A DNA stretch of 64,000 bases, from NCBI GenBank assembly GCA_040902655.1, contig JBBDWV010000049.1, forward strand, positions 20,926 to 84,925. The letters are read 5' to 3'. The notes below the pieces were generated by a model. The model did no database searches. It was not told where the DNA came from and worked only from the letters and a program-made list of their open reading frames with translations. Source of the stretch: Mycobacteriales bacterium. Lineage in GTDB: Bacteria > Actinomycetota > Actinomycetes > Mycobacteriales > SCTD01. Of the stretch, positions 20,221-28,832 are shown in pieces (the stretch's first letter is position 1; each line of letters starts with the position of its first letter). The translations under genes and the position numbers were made by a program.

Positions 20221-21681
20221 TCACTTGGCGTACGTCTTGAGCGTCTTGGTACGGCCCTGGTCGTTGCAGTTGCTCTGCAGCCCGAAGGCCGCGGTGCCAC
20301 CGAAGACCTGCCCGCGGTAGATCGCCGGGCTGAGGATGCCGCCCTTGACACCGCCCTGCCGGAGCGTGGCGATGAACTTCTCCCGGGTCAGCTGGCCGGG
20401 CACCTGGTTGAAGGCCTGCTCCAGCTGCTGCATCGCGCCGTAGATGCCGTACTCGATGTCGTCCTGGAAGCTCACGCCGGGTGCCCGCTGCGCCGCGGTG
20501 TCGAGGCCCGGCGAGGGGTGCAGGAAGAAGCCCTTGTACTGGTTGGCCGTGTTGGTACAGGCCAGCCGGCCGACCGACTGGATGCCGAAGGACGGGCCGA
20601 CACCGACGTAGACCGGCTGGTAGGTGGGGGTGTAGCCGATGCTCGTCACGCAGCTGATGAAGTACGACGGCTGGCCGAGGAAGTAGATGCGGGTGTAGGT
20701 GTTGCGCAGCTGGCCGGCCAGGGTCGAGCAGTTGGTCCCGGTCTTGGCCGTCAGGTAGACGTCGTTGCCCGAGGTGAACTTGCCGCTCTTGCCGTTGACG
20801 CCGGCCTTCTGCAGGGCGGACACGACGGACTCGCGGGCGTCGGCGAAGTTCGGCCCCTCGGTGATGACCACGGCCCAGCTGCCGTCCAGGAACTTGTTGT
20901 CACGGGCGAACTGCGGGATGAGTGCGCCCTGCTGCTTGTAGGTCAGCGAGGTGGCGAAGTAGTTCGGCAGCTTGCCCAGGCCGGACTCGGTGACGCCCGA
21001 GGACAGGTACGGCACGTTGCCGCGGCGCAGCACCTGACTCTGGGCGCAGGCCTGGATCTGGTCGGTGCCGGCGCCACCGACGATGAGGAACGAGTCACGG
21101 GCGGCGGCGTTGCAGGCGCGCAGCGCGTCGGGGGCGTTGTACTTGTCGTCCACCGCCTCGGCGATGACGGTGTAGCCGTTCTTCAGCTTGCGGCCGTTCC
21201 AGTACTTCGGGGTGCCGCTGCGGAAGGATTCCTGCGGCACGCCGGCGCCGGTGAGCGGCCCGTGCAGGGTGATCTTCACCGTCTTCCTGCCGGCGTCGAT
21301 TCCCGTCGTGGTGCCGGACTCGGCGGGCGCGGGGCCCGCGGCGGGGCGGTCCGTGCCGCCGGCAGCGGGGGCGTCGGCAGCGGGGGCGTCGGCAGCGGGG
21401 GCGTCGGTGCCGCCGGCAGCGGGCGCGTCCGGCCCCGCGGCGGCGGGGCCGTCGGTCGGTCCGTCAAGGGCCCCGGGGTCGCTGCCCGGGACCAGTGGGT
21501 CACCCGTCACCGGGTCCACTCCGCCGGCGCCGATCGGGTCGAGCCCGACCGCGCCAGCGCCGCCGGCGACGGCTGGGTTCTGGGCGAGCTGCTCCTTGAC
21601 CTCGGGCTTGAGGCCGCAGGCGGAGACGAAGGCGCTGGACAGCAGCACGAGGGCGAGCGTGCGGCGGTGCCGGACGTTCAT
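20221..21681 (-). CDS. lipoprotein substrate-binding protein of the Leu/Ile/Val/amide-binding (type I PBP) family with long Pro/Ala/Asp linker
   Basis: Lipobox LSSAFVSAC. About 110 aa of PAGD-rich linker, then a type I periplasmic-binding-fold-like domain. It is the first gene of the transporter cluster. Confidence 0.8.
   Translation of the reverse strand: MNVRHRRTLALVLLSSAFVSACGLKPEVKEQLAQNPAVAGGAGAVGLDPIGAGGVDPVTGDPLVPGSDPGALDGPTDGPAAAGPDAPAAGGTDAPAADAPAADAPAAGGTDRPAAGPAPAESGTTTGIDAGRKTVKITLHGPLTGAGVPQESFRSGTPKYWNGRKLKNGYTVIAEAVDDKYNAPDALRACNAAARDSFLIVGGAGTDQIQACAQSQVLRRGNVPYLSSGVTESGLGKLPNYFATSLTYKQQGALIPQFARDNKFLDGSWAVVITEGPNFADARESVVSALQKAGVNGKSGKFTSGNDVYLTAKTGTNCSTLAGQLRNTYTRIYFLGQPSYFISCVTSIGYTPTYQPVYVGVGPSFGIQSVGRLACTNTANQYKGFFLHPSPGLDTAAQRAPGVSFQDDIEYGIYGAMQQLEQAFNQVPGQLTREKFIATLRQGGVKGGILSPAIYRGQVFGGTAAFGLQSNCNDQGRTKTLKTYAK
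21361..21405. repeat. perfect 15-bp x3 tandem repeat (ggcagcgggggcgtc) inside the SBP linker
   Basis: Read directly from the sequence. It encodes DAPAA x3 on the minus strand. Degenerate copies flank it. Confidence 0.9.
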
Positions 21682-21764
21682 GGGGTGGCTCCCGGGGTCA
21701 CTGGGGGTGGAGCGGCCGGAGCCGCACTGAACCGTGCTGTGCCGTGCTGGGCTGGCAGGCGGAG

Positions 21765-22856
21765 CTAGGTGGCAGCCGGGCGCATGCCGAGGCCGGCGCG
21801 GCGACCGGTCCCGCGCTCGCGGGCCTGCAGCGCGGAGCTCAGGCGGCTCTGCCGCGCCGCGGCCTGCGGCAGGCGCGGGTCACCCATGATCAGGCTGAGC
21901 AGCGCGAGGGTGGCGCCGAACAACAGCGCACCGAGCCAGAACACCGCCGTCGGCCGCATCGGTTCGCTGATCGCGGCCACCGGGAAGGTCGGGGCGGCAG
22001 CGGTCTGCGGGCCCGCGGCGGCGGGTTCCTGGCCTGCCGTCACCGGCACGTCGGCATCCACGACCGGCGCGTCGGCGCTGCCGAAGCCGCCGCCGTCGTC
22101 GAGCGAGAAGCCGCCGCCGCCCAGGTCGGCGCTGCCGGCGTCGACGGGACCGACCTCACTGGTCGTCGCCGGGCCGGGCACGACAGGGTCGAGCAGGTCA
22201 CCCTCCTGCGCGGGAGTGTCATAGGTCAGCGTGGCCTGGTCCGCGGAGGCGAACACGATCTGGAACGCAGCGCTCTCGGCGCCCTCGGCGACCGTCAGCG
22301 CCACGCCGTCGTTGGCCGTGGCCCACAGCGCCGCGATCGCGGTGAGGTCGAAGACGTAGCTCGCGCCGTCGGCTGACAACTCGGCCGGCGCCTGGGCCTG
22401 GTCACAGAGCCGCTCGGGCGCGACGGTGATCGACTCGCCGTCCTCGCCGCCGAAGCCCTGCGGGCCGGCCGGGCAGGCACGCACCTTGGCCGGGTCGGCC
22501 GCCACCACGACGTTGTCCCCATCGGCCGGCACCAGGGGCACGGTCAGCTCGGCCCGGGTGAGGGCGGCACCGGGCTCCAGCGCGTCGAGGCTGAAGTACA
22601 GGAAGGAGACCTTCTGCTCGGCGCCGTTGCCTCCGGCGACCGCGAGGTTGCCGGGCGCGACACCGTCGGCCTCGGCCGTGACGTTCGGCGGCTTGCCCGC
22701 GGGGGTGCCGGTGTCCGGCAGACCGGCCGCGGAGAAGTAGCCACCGGCGGACGCCGGCTCGGTGGTGGTCGCGGCGCTGGCGGCAGGCGCCGCCCAGAGC
22801 GGCACCGCCAGACCTGCGGCCGCAAGGACGGCGGACGCGCGAACGAGCTTGCTCAC
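21765..22856 (-). CDS. secreted acidic protein with C-terminal membrane anchor (hypothetical)
   Basis: GTG 22856 has GGAGG 5 nt upstream. Signal peptide VSKLVRASAVLAAAGLAVPLWAAPAASA. Asp/Gly/Ala-rich body. C-terminal TM helix AVFWLGALLFGATLALLSLIM plus a basic tail. Confidence 0.65.
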   Translation of the reverse strand: MSKLVRASAVLAAAGLAVPLWAAPAASAATTTEPASAGGYFSAAGLPDTGTPAGKPPNVTAEADGVAPGNLAVAGGNGAEQKVSFLYFSLDALEPGAALTRAELTVPLVPADGDNVVVAADPAKVRACPAGPQGFGGEDGESITVAPERLCDQAQAPAELSADGASYVFDLTAIAALWATANDGVALTVAEGAESAAFQIVFASADQATLTYDTPAQEGDLLDPVVPGPATTSEVGPVDAGSADLGGGGFSLDDGGGFGSADAPVVDADVPVTAGQEPAAAGPQTAAAPTFPVAAISEPMRPTAVFWLGALLFGATLALLSLIMGDPRLPQAAARQSRLSSALQARERGTGRRAGLGMRPAAT

Positions 22857-23084
22857 CAAAACCTCCACGGGACACCTACGACGCCTAGGTTACCGGCGCG
22901 TAGGACTGGTTTCGACGGTATCTCGCAATCTCCTGCTCCCGATCTGCCGTTCGGCGGTACGCGCCCGCTCCCCGGCCCGTCAGGCCGCTGACCACGCCCA
23001 CGGAACCAGCAGGAGAGCCGGACAAGGGGACACGGAAAGGAGCCATGCAGATCTGACGGCTCCGCTACGGATACCGTTCCCGCC

Positions 23085-23540
23085 ATGAGGTACTCGGGGG
23101 CTTACGCCGTCGTCCTGGCCCTGCACCTGCTGACCGTCGTGTTCGTGGTCGGCCCGTCGGCGGTCGCGGGGGTCGTTTCCGTCCGGCACGCCCGCGCCGG
23201 CCGGGCCGACGCGCTGCGCGACGCGAGCCGCACCACCCGGATCTACGCCCTGGCGACGCTGCTCACCGTGCTGCTCGGTACGGCGCTGATCGGGCTGGGT
23301 GACGTCGGCGCACAGTGGGGGCTGGGCCAGCCGTGGGTGTCGGCGTCGTACGCCCTGTGGGTCGTGGCGCTCGCGCTGACCCTGGGGCTGGTCGTGCCCG
23401 CGCAGGAAAAGGCGGCGGGAGCCATCGAGGCCGGCGGCGACGGGAGTGCCTTCGCAGGGCGCATCGCGGCCGGCGCCGGTCTCGCGATGCTCGCCTGGTC
23501 GGTCATCGTCGTGCTGATGGTGACCAAGCCCGGCGCCTAG
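23085..23540 (+). CDS. DUF2269-like integral membrane protein
   Basis: Four hydrophobic helices in 151 aa. The call is based on composition and layout, from memory of the family. Confidence 0.55.
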   Translation: MRYSGAYAVVLALHLLTVVFVVGPSAVAGVVSVRHARAGRADALRDASRTTRIYALATLLTVLLGTALIGLGDVGAQWGLGQPWVSASYALWVVALALTLGLVVPAQEKAAGAIEAGGDGSAFAGRIAAGAGLAMLAWSVIVVLMVTKPGA

Positions 23541-23581
23541 GAGCCACTGCGCGTCGATGTGCGCCGCACCGGGGTGTACAC

Positions 23582-23614
23582 CACAGGTCAAGATTTCTGG
23601 ATTCTTGACCTGTG
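23582..23614. repeat. AT-rich perfect inverted repeat cacaggtcaaga-N9-tcttgacctgtg
   Basis: Read directly. 12-bp arms and a 9-nt loop, in the 238-bp gap between convergent genes. It is preceded by the palindrome GGTGTACACC (23573-23582). Confidence 0.85.
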
Positions 23615-23777
23615 CTGCAACACCCCCGACAGCACACATGTCTCTCCGGAGCGGCAGCTGCGTTGCGTGCGACCACCGGCGGGCCGCAGTGCCCCGGCGA
23701 GCGCCTCCGGAGCCCAGCAGGATCCGCCGGTCGGAGCGAGGGGGGAGTTGAACCCAACGTCCTTTCGGACCCACGGA

Positions 23778-24779
23778 CTAGCCGGGGGGGTCGGCCAGGG
23801 TCCAGCCGCGGACGGGATCACCGGCGACCTGCGGAGTCTGCCGGCCGTACGGGCGCTGTCCGAGCGTGATGGCCTGGGCGTAGTAGGTCGAGTAGCGCAG
23901 CGCCTCACCGATGGTGGTCCGGCCGTCCCTGTCGGCGTCGGCCTGACTCTGGCGCAGGCCGAGGTCGAAGACCAGGCCGGTCCACACCGACATCCCCCAC
24001 GGGGGGTACTCGTAGGACTTCTCGGTCGCCTTCGAGCTGCCGCTGAACAGCACCCGGTCGCTCGGCAGCCCGTCGAGGAAGCTGGCCGCCTCGCAGCCGG
24101 CGATGTCGACCCACAGGCGGCCCTGCACCTTGCTCAGCGCGGCGGTGACCTGCGTGTCGCGGACGAAGTCGCGGTCTACCGGCCACAGCGACTCGCGCTG
24201 CCCACCGTGCTGCTTCACGTGGCCGCTGTAGTGGAAGAGCGTGAAGGTGCCGGGCCGGCCCTTCGCGGCGAGCCAGGCCATGCCCCCGCGGATCGCCCGG
24301 CCGGTCACCTGGCCGTCGGTGATCACCCTGATGTTCTCCGACCGCCAGCCGCTGGCCTGCAGCATCGTGGCGATGTACTGCACGTCCTTGCGGCTGCCGA
24401 TCGTGTCGGCGGTCGGCCGGCGGTAGTCCTGCACCCCGACCAGGAAGGCGTAGCGGTCAGCGGGCGCGGCGGTGCGAGCCGGCCGCGGGTCGTGCTGCGG
24501 ACCCGGCGGCGGGCCCAGCACGGACTCCACGTCCAGGGCCGGCCGGGCGGCGGCGCGGACCGGCGCCTTCCGGGGCGGCTCGGGTGGCTCGGGCGGGGTC
24601 GACGGGCCGAGCGCCAGCTGCTCGCGCACCGGCTCCCTGAATGCGGGCGTGGCCGACTCGACGATCTGTTCGCGCGGCGGCTCGATCGCCTGCGTCGCAC
24701 CGAGCCCGACCAACAGCACCAGGCCCAGACTCCAGGCGGTCGCCTCCACGAACCAGCGGGGCGAGCGGCGGCGGGGCAC
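23778..24779 (-). CDS. exported/anchored caspase-fold cysteine peptidase (C14/C13-like)
   Basis: N-terminal anchor WSLGLVLLVGLGATQA and a Pro-rich linker. His block TFTLFHYSGH and Cys block LWVDIAGCEAAS fit the caspase/metacaspase dyad pattern. The C-terminal loop DADRDGRTTIGE is EF-hand-like. Confidence 0.65.
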   Translation of the reverse strand: MPRRRSPRWFVEATAWSLGLVLLVGLGATQAIEPPREQIVESATPAFREPVREQLALGPSTPPEPPEPPRKAPVRAAARPALDVESVLGPPPGPQHDPRPARTAAPADRYAFLVGVQDYRRPTADTIGSRKDVQYIATMLQASGWRSENIRVITDGQVTGRAIRGGMAWLAAKGRPGTFTLFHYSGHVKQHGGQRESLWPVDRDFVRDTQVTAALSKVQGRLWVDIAGCEAASFLDGLPSDRVLFSGSSKATEKSYEYPPWGMSVWTGLVFDLGLRQSQADADRDGRTTIGEALRYSTYYAQAITLGQRPYGRQTPQVAGDPVRGWTLADPPG

Positions 24780-24827
24780 CTCTAGAGGGTGGACAGCCGT
24801 ACGCCGCAGGTCAAGCCGCTGTCGGGC

Positions 24828-26063
24828 TCAGACAGCGGCCAGCGCCTGCTCGAGGTCGGCCAGCAGGTCCTCGGCGGTCTCGATGCCGACCGACAGGCGC
24901 ACGAGGTCGGCGGGCACCTCGAGCCGGGAGCCGGCGACGCTGGCGTGGGTCATCCGGCCGGGGTGCTCGATGAGGGACTCGACGCCGCCGAGCGACTCGC
25001 CGAGGGTGAAGACCTGCGTGGCCTTGCAGACGGCGAGGGCGGCCGGTTCGCCCGCCGTCAGCCGGAAGCTCACCATGCCGCCGAAGCCGCTCATCTGCTC
25101 CGCTGCGACCGCGTGGCCCGGGTGGTCGGGCAGACCCGGATAGAGGACCTGCGCCACCGCCGGGTGGCCGGCCAGCAGGTCCACGACACGGGCGGCGTTC
25201 GCGCAGTGCCGGTCCATCCGTACGCCGAGGGTCTTCGCGCCGCGCAGGACCAGCCAGGAGTCGAAGGCACCAGGGACGCCGCCGAGGGCGTTCTGGTGGA
25301 ACGCCAGCTCCTCCCCGAAGGCCGCGTCGCCGGTGACCAGCGCACCGCCGACGACGTCGGAGTGGCCGCCGAGGTACTTCGTCGTCGAGTGCACGACGGC
25401 GTCGGCCCCCAGCGCCAGCGGCTGCTGGAGGTAGGGGCTGGCGAAGGTGTTGTCGACGACCAGCCGCGCCCCGGCATCGTGCGCGACACCGGCCAGCGCG
25501 GCGATGTCGGCGATGTTCAGCAACGGATTGGTCGGCGTCTCGCACCAGATCAGGCTGGTCTCCGGCCGCACCGCCGCGCGGACCGCGTCCAGGTCGCCGA
25601 GCCGGACCGGCGTGTGCGCCACACCCCACCGCTCGAGCACGCCGGCGAACAACCGGTAGGTCCCGCCGTAGGCGTCGTCCGGGATCACGACGTGGCCCCC
25701 GGGCACGGTCGCCGTCCGCAACAGGCAGTCCTCCGCGGCCAGCCCGCTGGCGAAGGCCAGGCCGGTACGCCCGCCCTCGAGCGCGGCCAGGCAGGTCTCC
25801 AGCGCGGTGCGGGTCGGGTTGCCGCTGCGGGAGTACTCGTACCCCTTGTGCTCGCCGACCTCGGACTGGACGTACGTGGAGGTCTGGTAGATGGGCACCA
25901 CGACCGCACCGGTGGTGGGGTCGGGGTCCTGGCCGGCGTGGATGGCCAGCGTCTGGAAGCCGAAGCCGCCGCCGGCCCACCGGTCGGCGGCGCCGTGCAC
26001 CTGGGAGCCGAAGGCGGCGCTCCCGGCGGCAGCCTGGGCGGCGGTCTGCTCTGCCTCGTCCAT
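24828..26063 (-). CDS. metB: cystathionine gamma-synthase/lyase (Cys/Met metabolism PLP enzyme)
   Basis: ORF trimmed to ATG 26063. QTLAIHAGQDPDPTTGAVVVPIYQTSTY...YSRSGNPTR...STTKYLGGHSDV (PLP lysine block). Confidence 0.9.
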   Translation of the reverse strand: MDEAEQTAAQAAAGSAAFGSQVHGAADRWAGGGFGFQTLAIHAGQDPDPTTGAVVVPIYQTSTYVQSEVGEHKGYEYSRSGNPTRTALETCLAALEGGRTGLAFASGLAAEDCLLRTATVPGGHVVIPDDAYGGTYRLFAGVLERWGVAHTPVRLGDLDAVRAAVRPETSLIWCETPTNPLLNIADIAALAGVAHDAGARLVVDNTFASPYLQQPLALGADAVVHSTTKYLGGHSDVVGGALVTGDAAFGEELAFHQNALGGVPGAFDSWLVLRGAKTLGVRMDRHCANAARVVDLLAGHPAVAQVLYPGLPDHPGHAVAAEQMSGFGGMVSFRLTAGEPAALAVCKATQVFTLGESLGGVESLIEHPGRMTHASVAGSRLEVPADLVRLSVGIETAEDLLADLEQALAAV

Positions 26064-26144
26064 GGGGGGCACGGTACGACGCCGCTCCCCCGTTGCGTCA
26101 TGCCGAGCGGGCGGGCAGCTGCGCCTCAGAGCAGGACGCAAGGA

Positions 26145-27521
26145 TCAGGCGTGGGACAGGAAGGCCAGCACGTCCTGCCGGGTGAGGACCCCGACCGGCC
26201 GGCCGTCCGCCACCACCACCGCCGCGTCGGCCTTCTCGAGCGCCACCATCGCGGCCTGCACCGGCTCACCGGCGCCGACCATCGGCAGCGGCGCCGCCAT
26301 GTGCTCGGCCAGCCGGTCGGCCAGCTGGGCCTTGCCGGCGAACAGCGCGTCGAGCAGATCGCGGTCGTGCACGGCGCCGACGATCTCGGCGATCATGACC
26401 GGCGGCTCGGCCCGCACGACCGGCATCTGTGAGACGCCGTACTCCCGCAGGATGTCGATCGCCTCACGCACCGTCTCCGTCGGGTGGGTGTGCACGAACG
26501 ACGGCAGCGGCCCGTCCGAACCCTTGCCGGCCAGCACGTCGGCCACCGTGGTGGTGTCGCTGTCGGCGTGCAGGAAGCCGTAGTCGGCCATCCAGTCGTC
26601 GTTGAAGATCTTCGACAGGTAACCCCGCCCGCCGTCCGGCAACAGCACCACCACGACGTCGTCCGGGCCCGCATCAACGGCGACCCGCAGCGCCGCCACC
26701 ACGGCCATGCCGCAGGAGCCGCCGACGAGCAGCCCCTCCTCGCGGGCCAGTCGGCGGGTCATCGCGAAGGAGTCACGGTCGCTGACGGCGAGGATGCCGT
26801 CAGGGACCGAGGCGTCGTACGTCGTGGGCCAGAAATCCTCCCCCACGCCCTCGACCAGGTAGGGCCGGCCGTCGCCGCCCGAGTAGACCGAGCCGATCGG
26901 GTCGGCGCCGTAGATTTTGACCCGGCCGTCGCTGACCTCCTTGAGGTAGCGCCCGACGCCGCCGAGCGTGCCGCCGGTGCCGGCGCCGGCGACGAAGTGG
27001 GTGACCCGCCCGTCGGTCTGGGCCCAGACCTCCGGCCCCGTCCCCTCGTAGTGCGACCGGGGGTTGGCCGGGTTGGAGTACTGGTCGGGTTTCCACGCGC
27101 CGGGGATCTCGCGGGCCAACCGGTCGCTGACAGAGTAGTAGGAGCGCGGGTCGTCCGGGTCGACGGCCGTCGGACAGACCTCGACCCGCGCGCCGTAGGC
27201 CCGCAGCACGTCGATCTTGTCCCGGGCGACCTTGTCGGGGCAGACGAAGACGCAGGAGTAGCCCTTCTTCTGCGCCACCAGCGCCAGCCCGACGCCGGTG
27301 TTGCCGCTGGTCGGCTCGACGATCACGCCGCCGGGCTGCAGCGCGCCGGTCCGCTCGGCGTCCTCGACCATGGCCAGCGCGATCCGGTCCTTCACCGAGC
27401 CGCCGGGGTTGAAGTACTCCACCTTGGCCAGGACCTGGGTTGACAACCCCGCGGTCACTCTGGTCAGCCGGACGAGCGGCGTGCTCCCGACGAGGTCGAT
27501 CACGTGGTCGGTCACCTGCAC
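26145..27521 (-). CDS. cbs: cystathionine beta-synthase (PLP domain plus CBS pair)
   Basis: LIGSTPLVRL, KVEYFNPGGSVKDR, EPTSGNTGVGLA, and a C-terminal CBS-pair region. GTG 27521 chosen by analogy with family N-termini. Confidence 0.9.
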   Translation of the reverse strand: MQVTDHVIDLVGSTPLVRLTRVTAGLSTQVLAKVEYFNPGGSVKDRIALAMVEDAERTGALQPGGVIVEPTSGNTGVGLALVAQKKGYSCVFVCPDKVARDKIDVLRAYGARVEVCPTAVDPDDPRSYYSVSDRLAREIPGAWKPDQYSNPANPRSHYEGTGPEVWAQTDGRVTHFVAGAGTGGTLGGVGRYLKEVSDGRVKIYGADPIGSVYSGGDGRPYLVEGVGEDFWPTTYDASVPDGILAVSDRDSFAMTRRLAREEGLLVGGSCGMAVVAALRVAVDAGPDDVVVVLLPDGGRGYLSKIFNDDWMADYGFLHADSDTTTVADVLAGKGSDGPLPSFVHTHPTETVREAIDILREYGVSQMPVVRAEPPVMIAEIVGAVHDRDLLDALFAGKAQLADRLAEHMAAPLPMVGAGEPVQAAMVALEKADAAVVVADGRPVGVLTRQDVLAFLSHA

Positions 27522-27750
27522 GACGAGGTTCTCCCGGCTGTCAGGGCGGGCACCCGTCCCGCCGCGGGCGCCGCGGGACCCCGAGCCCACGAGCTGCCCG
27601 GCGCCAGCGTACGGCGCGCGCGGGCGCCGGGCGGACCACTAGGGTCGCAAACGACCCCTACCGGCCGGCGGCGGCCGGTCGACGGGAGGGAGGGCGGGCC
27701 ATGACTGCGGCGCTCGTCCGGGCCCAGACGTCCCCCCCTCGGCGGCCGTC

Positions 27751-28773
27751 ATGAGGGCGCCGACCGTCCCCCGCCCCGGTCGGCGGGCCCGCTATCTCGC
27801 GGTCAAGGCGGCGTACGGCGGGGGCGCAGCCGGAGGTGTCGCCGGCCTGACCTTCGCGCTGCTGGCCACCGAGGCCAAGCTGGCCCGCCGGACGATCGGC
27901 GTGCCGACGACGAAGGCGCCGAAGGCGGCCGGGTCCTACGGCAGGGGCCGGCGGGGGGACAGGCCCGTGCACCTGGTCGTGATCGGCGACTCCGCCGCCG
28001 CCGGACTCGGCTGCCAGACCGCCGACCAGACTCCCGGCGCACTGCTCGCCGGCGGCATCGCGCGTGACCTGCGCTGCCGGGTGGACCTCGACGTCGTCGC
28101 CGTCACCGGCGCCCGCTCGGCCGCCCTCGACGCCCAGGTGGCCCGGGCCCTGCGCCGGCCGGTGGATGTGGCGGTCGTCATCATCGGCGCGAACGACGTC
28201 ACGCACCGGGTACCCATCGCCACCTCGATCCGGCACCTGTCGCAGGCGGTCAGGACGCTGCGGCAGGCGGGTGCGCAGGTCGTGGTCGGCACCTGTCCGG
28301 ACCTCGGCTCCGTCAAGCCGGTCATGCAGCCGCTGCGGACCGTGGCCGCGCACTGGAGCCGGCGGCTGGCCGCCGCGCAGACCGTTGCCACGGTGAACGC
28401 CGGTGGCGTCGCGGTCTCCCTGGGAGACCTGCTCGTGCGGGAGTTCCACGCCCACCCCCACCTGTGGAGCGCCGACCGCTTTCACCCCTCGGCCGACGGC
28501 TACCGCCGGATCGTGGACGCGATCCTGCCGAGCGTCCTCGAGAGCCTCGGCGTGCAGATCCCGGTCAGCGTCCCGCTCAGCGACAGCGTGCAGGACGTGC
28601 AGCTGGCCGCGCGCGTCGCCGCCCGCGAGCCCGGCGTGGAGGTCGATCCGCTGCCCGAGCAGGAGGGTGCGGGTCGGCTCGCCCGGCTGCGTCGGCGGCT
28701 GCCGCTGGTCGGCCGCGGCGCGCCGCTGGGCCCCACCGACCCAGCCGACCTGGCAGCGGAGCAGACCGGCTAG
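27751..28773 (+). CDS. SGNH/GDSL-family hydrolase (lipase/esterase)
   Basis: N-terminal TM/signal segment, block I VVIGDSAAAGLG, block III-like IIGANDV, and a later DRFHPS (DxxH). Confidence 0.8.
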   Translation: MRAPTVPRPGRRARYLAVKAAYGGGAAGGVAGLTFALLATEAKLARRTIGVPTTKAPKAAGSYGRGRRGDRPVHLVVIGDSAAAGLGCQTADQTPGALLAGGIARDLRCRVDLDVVAVTGARSAALDAQVARALRRPVDVAVVIIGANDVTHRVPIATSIRHLSQAVRTLRQAGAQVVVGTCPDLGSVKPVMQPLRTVAAHWSRRLAAAQTVATVNAGGVAVSLGDLLVREFHAHPHLWSADRFHPSADGYRRIVDAILPSVLESLGVQIPVSVPLSDSVQDVQLAARVAAREPGVEVDPLPEQEGAGRLARLRRRLPLVGRGAPLGPTDPADLAAEQTG

Positions 28774-28832
28774 AACGGCGTTCGGTTTGGGCCGTAGGCT
28801 GGTGGCGTCCTCTCGCAGACCTAGGAGCAACC

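Noticed and set aside
21361-21405. Tandem repeats (15 bp x3 here, 18 bp x3 at 62266-62319, 15 bp x2 at 54672-54701) considered as CRISPR arrays.
   Set aside because: - The units are directly adjacent with no spacers and are far shorter than CRISPR repeats.
- No cas genes are present.
- One of the arrays is in-frame coding sequence.
22690-22710. LPDTG in the secreted protein (…SAAGLPDTGTPAG…), considered as a sortase sorting signal.
   Set aside because: - It lies about 50 residues from the N-terminus, not before the C-terminal TM helix and basic tail.
- The region preceding the real C-terminal anchor has no LPXTG.
23045-23056. Three-codon mini-ORF ATG-CAG-ATC-TGA preceded by GGAAAGGAG, 28 nt upstream of the DUF2269 start. 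Considered as a possible leader peptide.
   Set aside because: - It is too short to evaluate.
- The SD-to-ATG spacing is only 2-4 nt.
- I cannot assess conservation.
- It is noted only in case ribosome profiling is available.
22980-23774. 264-aa minus-strand ORF covering the DUF2269 gene and the spacer.
   Set aside because: - It is antisense to a clean four-helix membrane ORF that has an ATG start.
- Its translation is Arg/Gly/Pro-rich with no motifs.
23735-23777. tRNA-like T-arm string (minus strand GGGTTCAACTCCCC) just downstream of the caspase-like gene. It might have been a tRNA or an att-site remnant.
   Set aside because: - Only 3 bp of T-stem can pair.
- There is no matching 5' acceptor strand, D arm or anticodon arm.
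- The would-be 5' half would lie inside the CDS.
- I treat it as chance similarity.
27522-27750. 229-nt divergent spacer upstream of cbs-metB, examined for a SAM/SAH-type riboswitch.
   Set aside because: - I could not find the conserved SAM-IV, SAM-I or SAH core strings by eye, only generic GC hairpins.
- An Rfam scan would be needed to say more.
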